In this document: piece after piece, positions 1 through 7,635 of the stretch
Layout of the letters: each line of letters starts with the position of its first letter
Position numbering within the stretch: the first letter of the stretch is position 1
IMG/VR virus record: IMGVR_UViG_3300032560_000010
Location: 53,227-73,226 of that record
Direction: 5' to 3' (one strand)
Source: an uncultured virus (IMG/VR IMGVR_UViG_3300032560_000010)
Taxonomy: Duplodnaviria; Heunggongvirae; Uroviricota; Caudoviricetes
DNA length: 20,000 bases
Notes under the pieces: generated by a model
What the model was told of the DNA's origin: nothing
The model's input: the letters and a program-made list of their open reading frames with translations, nothing else
Database searches by the model: none
Program-made: the position numbers and the translations under genes

Positions 1-69
1 GACAGATTGTTCGCATTCAACTTTACAATGGGTTTCGTTATATTGTTTGAGATGTACCTTGGTTACCAA
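1..69 (-). CDS. uvsW: 5' end of probable UvsW recombination/repair helicase (runs off left edge)
   Basis: TTG start at 69 overlaps the uvsY stop and is preceded by AGGA. Open to base 1: MVTKVHLKQYNETHCKVECEQSV, resembling the T4 UvsW N-terminus. gp3-uvsY-uvsW order is typical of environmental T4-like phages. Only 23 codons visible; not in ORF track. Confidence 0.6.
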   Translation of the reverse strand, partial: MVTKVHLKQYNETHCKVECEQSV

Positions 70-509
70 CTTAATCCTGCCATTAATTTCTGATAGTCTA
101 TACTATTCTTAATTGTATTATTTCTGTATGCCAATGATTTTAAAATTTGATCTAGAACATTAACTTTTTCTGTTTGTAGGGCTTTTCTTTTCATAATTTT
201 TTGAATTTCCTCGTCACACATGACATAATTTTTAAGATCTTCTTTTAAAAGAGTCATCTGAAAAGGTAATAAATTCTTACTTTTTAAGAATTCAGAATCT
301 GTATTTTTACGGCCAGCAAAGTAGTCATACTTATCTTTAAAAATTAATCTAAATTCTTCTTCTAATAATGATAGTGATACTTTTTCAATAGCATAATATC
401 TTAAATATTTACTATGTAATTTTGGGGTAGATAAAGATTCCTTAGATAAATTCGTTTCATCTATAACTGTATCTATGTCCCATTCACTTAAAATATCATC
501 TAATTTCAT
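63..509 (-). CDS. uvsY: UvsY recombination mediator
   Basis: 148 aa helical protein; MKLDDILSEWDIDTVIDETNL...PKLHSKYL and C-terminal RNNTIKNSIDYQK match the UvsY pattern; follows gp3. Confidence 0.88.
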   Translation of the reverse strand: MKLDDILSEWDIDTVIDETNLSKESLSTPKLHSKYLRYYAIEKVSLSLLEEEFRLIFKDKYDYFAGRKNTDSEFLKSKNLLPFQMTLLKEDLKNYVMCDEEIQKIMKRKALQTEKVNVLDQILKSLAYRNNTIKNSIDYQKLMAGLSW

Positions 510-510
510 T

Positions 511-1032
511 TTAACCCCTTAATTGTGCATATGTATATTGTCTAAATGACATTGTTAAACTCGCTGTTATTACGGATTGATTATCTGCCGTAGTCTGAAG
601 CTCGAATCCAGACAAATGAACTGGCAACATATCTTCAAAAGTTATTTGAATATTTGGAACCAGTTCATTTGTCATCAACGTTAATGTAGCAAAACTTTGT
701 ACTCCATCTACAGATCCAGCTGACGCATTATATGCAGGAATTGATTGTTCTGAGCTATATGGTCGCCCTAATTGAACCATCCAATCATATATTTCAAAAT
801 AACCACTTAAATTTTCATCAAGTATAAATGAAATTTCCAATTCATCGTATTCGATATGATCAGCTGCCAAATTTAAAGGTCTAAATGGTGTTGGTGCTAA
901 TAGCTTTGGTAATGTTACTCCGGGAAATCTAATTTTTTGTATAAAATAATTAAAATTAGGTGCCCTAGGTATTTGAATTTTTCCAGCTACTGGTTGAAGA
1001 AAATTGACTGTATTTGGAGTTGTAATTGCCAT
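511..1032 (-). CDS. gp3: Tail tube terminator / tail completion protein (T4 gp3-like)
   Basis: 173 aa; NFL...PGVTLP...IEYDELEISFILDENLSGYFEIYDWM and C-terminal LSGFEL...ASLTMSFRQY match gp3; AGGA RBS upstream. Confidence 0.85.
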   Translation of the reverse strand: MAITTPNTVNFLQPVAGKIQIPRAPNFNYFIQKIRFPGVTLPKLLAPTPFRPLNLAADHIEYDELEISFILDENLSGYFEIYDWMVQLGRPYSSEQSIPAYNASAGSVDGVQSFATLTLMTNELVPNIQITFEDMLPVHLSGFELQTTADNQSVITASLTMSFRQYTYAQLRG

Positions 1033-1049
1033 TTCTATAATCCTTGTTT

Positions 1050-1077
1050 ATTATACCATATTTATCTAATTTGTCAA
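1050..1077 (-). promoter_or_regulatory. Sigma70-type promoter, leftward (gp3-uvsY-uvsW)
   Basis: Minus strand: TTGACA (1077-1072), 16-nt spacer ending TGG, TATAAT (1055-1050). Perfect -35 and -10 plus an extended -10 TGn. Confidence 0.75.
1059..1066 (-). promoter_or_regulatory. T4-type late promoter variant GATAAATA upstream of gp3
   Basis: NATAAATA motif 26 nt upstream of the gp3 ATG, nested in the spacer of the sigma70-type promoter. Confidence 0.55.
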
Positions 1078-1090
1078 TGTAATTTTTTAG

Positions 1091-1119
1091 TTGACAAGAG
1101 AATATATTGGATATATAAA
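1091..1119 (+). promoter_or_regulatory. Sigma70-type promoter, rightward
   Basis: TTGACA (1091-1096), 17 nt, TATAAA (1114-1119), AT-rich upstream, followed by RBS AGAGGAG (1129-1135) and ATG at 1143. Confidence 0.72.
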
Positions 1120-1142
1120 GTCTTCATTAGAGGAGACTAACT

Positions 1143-1283
1143 ATGGAAGCTCAAATTTTCGCACTGTTTATGAAGATCTATGACGAATGCATTACTCAGG
1201 GTATGCCACATGATGAAGCTGTAATTGTAGCAGATAATGATGTTAATTATCTGATCGGAAAACTTAAATCATCTCGGAAATAA
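1143..1283 (+). CDS. Small hypothetical protein, 46 aa, antisense to the structural operon (probable early gene)
   Basis: MEAQIFALFMKIYDECITQGMPHDEAVIVADNDVNYLIGKLKSSRK*. Strong RBS AGAGGAG 7 nt upstream, own promoter, stop codon abuts the terminator hairpin. Not in ORF track. Confidence 0.75.
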   Translation: MEAQIFALFMKIYDECITQGMPHDEAVIVADNDVNYLIGKLKSSRK

Positions 1284-1307
1284 AAAAGGGGAGCCGAAGC
1301 TCCCCTT
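1282..1307 (-). terminator. Rho-independent terminator after gp23 with C(UUCG)G tetraloop; possibly bidirectional
   Basis: Minus strand AAGGGGAGC-TTCG-GCTCCCC-TTTTTT. On the plus strand the stem is followed by TTAATGTTTGT. Confidence 0.92.
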
Positions 1308-1333
1308 AATGTTTGTAACAATATTCTTTAATA

Positions 1334-2680
1334 TTAAAGAATATTGTTGATAAGAACACGACGATAATAAACGTTTGTGTTCTGAAGAATTGCACCCGGA
1401 GTAAGTGCGTTTGGATTTGCACCGAACGCAAATGGGTTTGCCACGATACCATAACGGGTTTTGAATCCGATTTTTGGCTGGAATGTATCCTGTCCGACAG
1501 CACGAACCATCTGTAGTGGCACGTATGGGCAATAGAAGATACCTGCGTCAAATGCGGAAGCTCCCTTATAACCAACGGTCATATAGTTACCAGCAGCATA
1601 AGGATCAATATATACTCGCATACGACCATTTAGGACACCTGCGAAAGTATTACCAGTATCGTCAACTTCAAGGTTATTCGAATTTAGCGCCGGAGCATAG
1701 TCTAGGACACCCGCCATATTCAATGCAGATGCAACATCTGACGAACATACTAGGATATTACCCTTACCACGTCTAGTGTCTTTAGCAATTCTATTAGCTT
1801 CACGTTCAATTTGGAACATAAGACCCTTGAATTTTTCAACAGACCAACGACCGTTAGAATCGATGTCAAGGTCAAATACACCAGCAGTTGTGGTTTCAGC
1901 AGCACCTGTTACAGCTGTTACGTTAATTGTACGAACAACTTCACGGTTAATTTCTGCAAGAATTTCAGCAGACAGAATAGTAGACAATTCTGTTTCAGCA
2001 TCAAGACCATGAATTGCCTTCAAATCCTGTGCCAATTCGATTGTGTATTCGGCCTTCAATGCACGACCACCAGCAGTGACAGTTACCTTATCGATACTGA
2101 ATGCCATCTGGTTGAAGTCAACGTTACCAACAGAACCAAGAGCTTCTAATTGTGCAGTTGGTGCGCCACCAGCAAAGTTATACAACTGAGAGTTACCAGA
2201 AACAACGGTAGATGTGTTAACACCATATACGCCACCCCAAGTCTGGTTTGCCTGACCGATGTTTGCAACGTTACCAGATTCACCATAAGTGGATTGACCA
2301 GTATTGGCTTCATTATAGAACGCATTTGCACCGCTCTGATTGTTATACTGTGGACGTAGAGCGAAGATCAGACCTGTTGGACCTGTCATAGGCTGAACAC
2401 CGCAAATATCGTATGCGATCAAGTTTGGCATTGCTCTACGAACTAGAGAAATCAATACTGGATCGTAATTCTGGCTACCACCAGATAACGATGTTGGAAG
2501 AGCGCCTGTGGTTTCCGAAAGAAGAGAAACCTGTTCTCCACGAGAAGCAGCCTCTACAAGAGCAGCTTCTGTATTTTCTAGAAGCTGCGAGACAACGTAT
2601 CTCTTATGGCCTTCCAGCTTTTGAAGCCCCGGAAAGTCAAGAACGTCTCCCCACTTCTCCTGAATTACTTTATTGTTCAT
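1334..2680 (-). CDS. gp23: Major capsid protein
   Basis: 448 aa; DPVLISLVRRAMPNLIAYDICGVQPMTGPTGLIFA, RALKAEYTIELAQDLKAIHGLDAETEL, YCPYVPL, FQPKIGFKTRYG are gp23 hallmarks. Confidence 0.98.
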   Translation of the reverse strand: MNNKVIQEKWGDVLDFPGLQKLEGHKRYVVSQLLENTEAALVEAASRGEQVSLLSETTGALPTSLSGGSQNYDPVLISLVRRAMPNLIAYDICGVQPMTGPTGLIFALRPQYNNQSGANAFYNEANTGQSTYGESGNVANIGQANQTWGGVYGVNTSTVVSGNSQLYNFAGGAPTAQLEALGSVGNVDFNQMAFSIDKVTVTAGGRALKAEYTIELAQDLKAIHGLDAETELSTILSAEILAEINREVVRTINVTAVTGAAETTTAGVFDLDIDSNGRWSVEKFKGLMFQIEREANRIAKDTRRGKGNILVCSSDVASALNMAGVLDYAPALNSNNLEVDDTGNTFAGVLNGRMRVYIDPYAAGNYMTVGYKGASAFDAGIFYCPYVPLQMVRAVGQDTFQPKIGFKTRYGIVANPFAFGANPNALTPGAILQNTNVYYRRVLINNIL

Positions 2681-2719
2681 TTGGTTAACTCCCTATCTTA
2701 TAATTATATGGGTTAAAAT

Positions 2720-2727
2720 TATTTATG
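2720..2727 (-). promoter_or_regulatory. Late promoter CATAAATA upstream of gp23
   Basis: Intergenic CATAAATA on the minus strand; T4 gp55 consensus is TATAAATA; same motif recurs before other structural genes. Confidence 0.7.
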
Positions 2728-2734
2728 TTTTTTG

Positions 2735-3784
2735 TTATTTCAAGGTTCTAGAAAGTGCATTTACATACATTTTCATACTAGGAGAGACTTGAGTTTCGTC
2801 GTTTTCGCCAGATACGTCTTCTGTTAATGGCTGTGCGCCAGAATTAATAGTAGATTTTCCTGTGAAATAGGTTTCTTTTATAGTATCTATTTTAGTTTTC
2901 AAATCATTTACTGTTTCATAGCTAAGATTTTCTACTAAAGATAGAAACTTTTCTTTTTGAGATACCGTTAGCCCTACAGCAGATTCTGCAACTAGATCTT
3001 TAACAGTCGATTGTTCGATCATATTTGTAAGTTCGATATTTTGCTTAAGCGATTCATTTAAACGAGCTTTTAGTGTTTCGTTTTCTGTATTAACAGATTC
3101 GAGTACGTCTAATTTCTCTTCTGCGACATTAATATAGTTTTCTTCGAATACATCCTTAAGTGTCTGGATGATATTCTCTGCCATTTGGGATTTAATTCCC
3201 TGATCCACAGCAATTTTATTTGCATCCAACCACATTTTAGCAACATAAGAAACATACTTATCTACTTGCTCTACAAGCTCATCTTGTACTACATCAATCG
3301 CTTCTTCAAGAGCAGTCGTATATTGTTCTTCTAAACGAGCTTCTATAATAGAAATTCTGGCATTCACGGTTGCTTCAAAAATAGTTGCCGCTTTAACTTT
3401 AAGATCTTCAGATATTTCTTGACCTGTAAAGATATCAGATACGCTTTCCATTGCAGCAGATGTATCAACTGAAGTAGGAGATAGGCGAATAATTCCAGTT
3501 TCACCAGCTGTTTTATCAGCAGGGCGAACAGTTGCAGCTGGATTTGCAGTCATATTTTTGAATACATCCATTACTTCCGCAGCAGAACGACCAGCTAAGT
3601 CATTTAGAATAGATGCCATTACTTCAGCTTTGGTTGTCATATCATAAGTTGTTTCGCCACCTGATTGATCAGCTGCACGAGCAGCATCACCACCAACTAC
3701 AGGATCTGGTAAAACACTCTGACCATCAACCGAAGCAAATTCCTTCAGATTTCTGCCTTCAGAAATAATCTTCTTAGTTGCCAT
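2735..3784 (-). CDS. gp22: Prohead core scaffolding protein
   Basis: 349 aa acidic helical protein; ISEDLKVKAATIFEATV, VDKYVSYVAKMWLDANKIAVDQGIK, IKETYF, MKMYVNALSR; between gp21 and gp23; AGGAG RBS. Confidence 0.93.
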   Translation of the reverse strand: MATKKIISEGRNLKEFASVDGQSVLPDPVVGGDAARAADQSGGETTYDMTTKAEVMASILNDLAGRSAAEVMDVFKNMTANPAATVRPADKTAGETGIIRLSPTSVDTSAAMESVSDIFTGQEISEDLKVKAATIFEATVNARISIIEARLEEQYTTALEEAIDVVQDELVEQVDKYVSYVAKMWLDANKIAVDQGIKSQMAENIIQTLKDVFEENYINVAEEKLDVLESVNTENETLKARLNESLKQNIELTNMIEQSTVKDLVAESAVGLTVSQKEKFLSLVENLSYETVNDLKTKIDTIKETYFTGKSTINSGAQPLTEDVSGENDETQVSPSMKMYVNALSRTLK

Positions 3785-3811
3785 TGTTTAAACTCCTTTT
3801 GAATTCTATTT

Positions 3812-3819
3812 TATTTATG
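3812..3819 (-). promoter_or_regulatory. Late promoter CATAAATA upstream of gp22
   Basis: Intergenic CATAAATA 27 nt upstream of the gp22 ATG. Confidence 0.7.
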
Positions 3820-3825
3820 AAATTA

Positions 3826-4509
3826 TTATTTTCTAACCAATTCTTTTAAGAATTGTCCAAAATATGATATACTTTTTTCGTTAATTTGGGCTATAGTAGA
3901 TTTATGCATTTCTCTTTTAGCGGATTCTAATAGCTCGGATGCTTTCCAAGAACTACTTGCAATATCATATACCCATTCTACATTTTCTAAAATACCTCTA
4001 ACAAATGCCTTTGGCGCAGAAGGATCAGCTACTACATCAGCTGCCGTAGACAACATAAAGTCTCCCTGAACCTCCATGATACCGTCCTTACCAGCACCGA
4101 TAGATCCCATTCCTCTAGAAGACATACCTAACCACGCTCCATCTCCATGTAAGCCTTTTACAATGTCTCCAAATGGAGTATTTGTTACCTTACAGCGACC
4201 GACAACATTGTTACCATCCCATTTTAAAGATTCATGCATTACGCATACACGCTCTAAATTTATAGAAGGACCAGCTGGGTGACCAAGTTCTCCGTATGCT
4301 CTATTTTGACTGATATAATTATTACTATAAGTATTAATAGCAGATTCAAGAACTCCACGAGGGTATTTTCTACCATTTTTATTGGCAATTTCCGCCATCA
4401 TAAGTATACCTTCAAGATATAATGTTTTCTTTCCAGAACCGTTATCTTCAGATATAAATGTAATATCTGACATACTTTCAGTTACTAAATCTGTAATTAA
4501 AATTGACAT
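3826..4509 (-). CDS. gp21: Prohead core protease
   Basis: LYLEGILMMAEIANKNGRKYP, RAYGELGHP, GMSSRGMGS, ADVVADPSAPKAFV. Start moved to ATG 4509 (MSILITD, 227 aa), which has an AGGAG RBS, instead of 4557. Confidence 0.95.
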   Translation of the reverse strand: MSILITDLVTESMSDITFISEDNGSGKKTLYLEGILMMAEIANKNGRKYPRGVLESAINTYSNNYISQNRAYGELGHPAGPSINLERVCVMHESLKWDGNNVVGRCKVTNTPFGDIVKGLHGDGAWLGMSSRGMGSIGAGKDGIMEVQGDFMLSTAADVVADPSAPKAFVRGILENVEWVYDIASSSWKASELLESAKREMHKSTIAQINEKSISYFGQFLKELVRK

Positions 4510-4510
4510 T

Positions 4511-4858
4511 TTATACTCCTGCGGTATTATATGAGTATTTTGATATCCTAAGCGCAATTGAAGATTGCAACCCTATAGTAGAAATAGTAAGATTTCCATT
4601 AGGTGAACAATTAATATTTTGGGCTAAGGTACATCCCATAGATGTAAAATCTATTTCTCCGAATGTATTGGCATAAGTTTGCCATACTACCGTGTTACCC
4701 ATTTTGATTGTCCAATCGCCAGACCATGCCATTTGGCAGATTGCAATTCCTGTTATCGTTTCTGATGTATTTGCTGCAAATGCTGATAAAGCATATGAAT
4801 TATTTGCTATATCCACAACACCAGCATGTCCAGCCATTTGATTTTTAATTACAGGCAT
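4511..4858 (-). CDS. Hypothetical protein in head-assembly cluster, 115 aa
   Basis: Coupled to the upstream gene by TAATG overlap with GGAGG RBS; ends 1 nt before the gp21 ATG; beta-strand-like composition; no family recognised. Confidence 0.75.
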   Translation of the reverse strand: MPVIKNQMAGHAGVVDIANNSYALSAFAANTSETITGIAICQMAWSGDWTIKMGNTVVWQTYANTFGEIDFTSMGCTLAQNINCSPNGNLTISTIGLQSSIALRISKYSYNTAGV

Positions 4859-5694
4859 TATTCGCCTCCCGCAGAAATTTTATTGAATACCGCTACAGCA
4901 GCTTCAATTAATCTAGATTTTGCCAATTTAGATTCTATTCTAGACTGAATATCCTCTTTCATTGAAGGGCCAGTTGGCTGTTCTGGTGGTAGTCCAGCAG
5001 AACCATTATCATTTTCTGGTTGTTCAGATGAAGATTGGACCAAGTAATCATATAATTTGGTGACTACATCTGAACAATTTTTAAGTTCACTGGATATAGA
5101 TTCTGGAATATTTGAATTTTCTTGTAGAATTTCGAATGCTTCGGCGGCTTGTAATGCGATGCCTTCTAATAGAGATTTAGTATTGGCAGCAGCTTTACTA
5201 AAATCGCTTGCGTTTACGGAACCTAATCCCATAGATGGATTATCGGATGAAGCCGTGGCCACGTCTGCACCACCGGTATCATCACCACCAGCTTCATGCA
5301 TCGAAATACCAACAATTTTTTTACTAGCAAGATTTCGTCCATTTTCACGATTTATTAATGGCCGTCTATCGGCATCGTCTATATGATCTGCCTTAAATTT
5401 CGTAGCTTTCATTTTATATTTAAGAAGTAAAGATTTAGTCAATTCAGTTAGTTCTACATGTTCGTCCATAGAACCAGCAGCACCAGTTGTTATCTGGTCG
5501 CCTTTACGACGACCTTGAGCCGGTTTTGTAGATCCTTTAAATACGTCATCACCATTACCGTTTCTATCAGCAATAGGTTTACTATTTCCTTCTACTTCAC
5601 CTTGGTTTTTATAAGCCGTTTCACGTTCGGATGCAGGCATCGAATTAGGAGAAAGATAGTCGTTTGTATCTTTATCTATTTTTGCTTTAGGCAT
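4858..5694 (-). CDS. Hypothetical head-region protein, 278 aa (possible prohead core/internal protein; T4 gp68 position)
   Basis: Likely start ATG 5694 (MPKAKIDK) overlapping the gp67 stop, GGAG upstream; low-complexity linkers alternating with helical blocks; function inferred only from position. Confidence 0.65.
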   Translation of the reverse strand: MPKAKIDKDTNDYLSPNSMPASERETAYKNQGEVEGNSKPIADRNGNGDDVFKGSTKPAQGRRKGDQITTGAAGSMDEHVELTELTKSLLLKYKMKATKFKADHIDDADRRPLINRENGRNLASKKIVGISMHEAGGDDTGGADVATASSDNPSMGLGSVNASDFSKAAANTKSLLEGIALQAAEAFEILQENSNIPESISSELKNCSDVVTKLYDYLVQSSSEQPENDNGSAGLPPEQPTGPSMKEDIQSRIESKLAKSRLIEAAVAVFNKISAGGE

Positions 5695-5851
5695 TGTCGT
5701 TCTCTTCTCCATCGAATTCAGATGCAATTTCTTGTTTCCTAGAATCCATTAGATCTTCTATTTTATCTCTAACAAGATCATCAAAATTGCTTTCTAGATC
5801 AATATTATCACCATTAATGATGTTATTTAAAATATCTCTTGCATCGGCCAT
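5687..5851 (-). CDS. gp67: Prohead core protein (T4 gp67-like), 54 aa
   Basis: MADARDILNNIINGDNIDLESNFDDLVRDKIEDLMDSRKQEIASEFDGEENDNA*. RBS AGGAGA 7 nt upstream, directly after the portal gene, acidic with KxEIAxxF ending. Not in ORF track. Confidence 0.8.
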   Translation of the reverse strand: MADARDILNNIINGDNIDLESNFDDLVRDKIEDLMDSRKQEIASEFDGEENDNA

Positions 5852-5866
5852 ATCAAAATCTCCTAC

Positions 5867-5883
5867 TATTTATTGTATTTATG
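5867..5883 (-). promoter_or_regulatory. Tandem late promoter motifs CATAAATA (5876-5883) and AATAAATA (5867-5874) upstream of gp67
   Basis: Two NATAAATA motifs in the 35-nt gap between the gp20 stop and the gp67 start. Confidence 0.65.
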
Positions 5884-5886
5884 TTT

Positions 5887-7587
5887 TTATTTTTTTACTG
5901 GTATTCTCTTAGAATAAGATTTAGTCTTACCTTGGACTATTACTTCTTTAGAAGGGCCAGTTTGAACTTTTTTATTAGAACCATCTTCATTTTTTGGAGT
6001 TGGTTGCTGAGGTGTGTCGGAAGAACTTTCATCATCTTGTGGTCCCTCCATATAATCTGGGGGTAGAATAGATCCATCTGGTGCCAATCCTGCACTAGAC
6101 ATCATTTGAGCTTTCTCTTGTTGACGCTCCATATCTTCATCCATTTGTTCAAACATTTCTTCTATATCATTATCAGTCTGATGAAGAACATTAGTCTTTA
6201 CCCATTCTTCAGAATAGAATTGACCTAAAAATGGTTGGATCATAGTTAAATTATTAAGTCTTCCCATTAATATTTCTGAATCTTTTAATTCAGCAAAATA
6301 ATTATCTCTCTGATAATTAAAATGTATTCTATCTTTTATTTCATCCCAATCAGATTGGGCAAATATTTTCTTTAATAGAAGTTGTTTTTCCAACGCTCCT
6401 AATAATAGATTAGAAAAACGTAGACGAATTCTATCTATAAATTTTTGAAACGATAATTCGTCTCTTGTTATTTCAGAAGATCTCCCAAGATTAAATGTAG
6501 ATTCGTCTGCATTAATTCTCGATATAGGAACATTTAAAGACTTATATAATTTCTTTTCAAAATAATAAACATCATCCATTTTACCTAAATTTTCACCAGC
6601 AGGTAAAGTAGTGATTTCTGTACCATTTTGACCTTCACGACGAGGAAGCCAATAATCTTCCAACATGGTCATGAATTTTCTATCGTCTCTGACGTTACCA
6701 GTGGTTGCATCATAAATTAAACGATTTTTATGCTTAGTCATCATGTCTCGCATATGTTGTTCTGCCTTAATTTTAGGCATCTGTCCAACATCGATGTAGA
6801 AAACTCTACGTTCTGGGGCACGAGATATACGGTAGATTACAGTGGCATCTTCTAATATACGAAGTTGATTAAGTGGTTTTATAGCTTTATGTAGATACGA
6901 AAGTACCAATTTACCATCTTTATCCATCAATCCAGATGTTGTATGTAGTATAGAATCGGGGGCAATTTTAAGACCTTGATTGTCCATACCAGTAGAACCA
7001 GTAGCTTTAAATCCTTTTTCGTTATATACGAAAAATTCAGCCGTATTTCTATTGATATAGACTTGCCCTTTGCGCTCTCTGGTCAATAATCGAACTTTAC
7101 GAATTTTGCGAGGGTCCACATATCTTAACTCTTGAATGCCTTTCTCAGGATCATTTTCATCTATGATCACATGATAATACACTCTACCATCTACGTACCA
7201 ACGTCTAAAGATTTCATACCCATAATTATTGAAATTAAGTAATTTACAAATTCTTTCGAATTCTTCATTTACCATTTTTTTAAGATTATCCGAAATTTCT
7301 TTGATATCATCAAGGTTGAGGGTAACGATTTGCTCATTACCCTCCTTAACGATAGCTTCGTTAGTTACCTCGTCTATAGCTTTTTCTAATTCTGGTTGTA
7401 ATGCCATCTCTCGGTACTTGATTACAAGCTCAGCCTCAGTCTTAGCGGACCCTTCCATATCAAGGTAGGTTCCGTAAGTACCACCAGCAGTTACTACAAG
7501 TGCGCCGTCATCAGTTTCAACCGGAGCAAATGATGTTAAATCACTTTGATCCTCAGTTTTAGTGAATTCAAAACCAAATAATTTCAT
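5887..7587 (-). CDS. gp20: Portal vertex protein
   Basis: 566 aa; MKLFGF, FRRWYVDGR, ELRYVDPRKI, SYLHKAIKPLNQLRILEDATVIYRISRAPERRVFYIDVG, MLEDYWLPRREG, SEITRDE. Confidence 0.98.
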   Translation of the reverse strand: MKLFGFEFTKTEDQSDLTSFAPVETDDGALVVTAGGTYGTYLDMEGSAKTEAELVIKYREMALQPELEKAIDEVTNEAIVKEGNEQIVTLNLDDIKEISDNLKKMVNEEFERICKLLNFNNYGYEIFRRWYVDGRVYYHVIIDENDPEKGIQELRYVDPRKIRKVRLLTRERKGQVYINRNTAEFFVYNEKGFKATGSTGMDNQGLKIAPDSILHTTSGLMDKDGKLVLSYLHKAIKPLNQLRILEDATVIYRISRAPERRVFYIDVGQMPKIKAEQHMRDMMTKHKNRLIYDATTGNVRDDRKFMTMLEDYWLPRREGQNGTEITTLPAGENLGKMDDVYYFEKKLYKSLNVPISRINADESTFNLGRSSEITRDELSFQKFIDRIRLRFSNLLLGALEKQLLLKKIFAQSDWDEIKDRIHFNYQRDNYFAELKDSEILMGRLNNLTMIQPFLGQFYSEEWVKTNVLHQTDNDIEEMFEQMDEDMERQQEKAQMMSSAGLAPDGSILPPDYMEGPQDDESSSDTPQQPTPKNEDGSNKKVQTGPSKEVIVQGKTKSYSKRIPVKK

Positions 7588-7635
7588 TTATTAATACTCT
7601 CTAAAATCAGTTCATATAATATATATGATTGAAAA

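Noticed and set aside
937..1140. 67-aa plus-strand ORF from the track
   Set aside because: Antisense to gp3, runs across the promoter region, no RBS; the supported plus-strand gene starts at 1143.
1269..2688. Alternative-frame and antisense ORFs overlapping gp23
   Set aside because: Shadows of a highly conserved, codon-biased gene; no RBS or recognisable motifs.
7612..7628. TCATATA-ATA-TATATGA inverted repeat between gp19 and gp20
   Set aside because: Almost entirely AT with no U-tract; too weak to call a terminator or operator.
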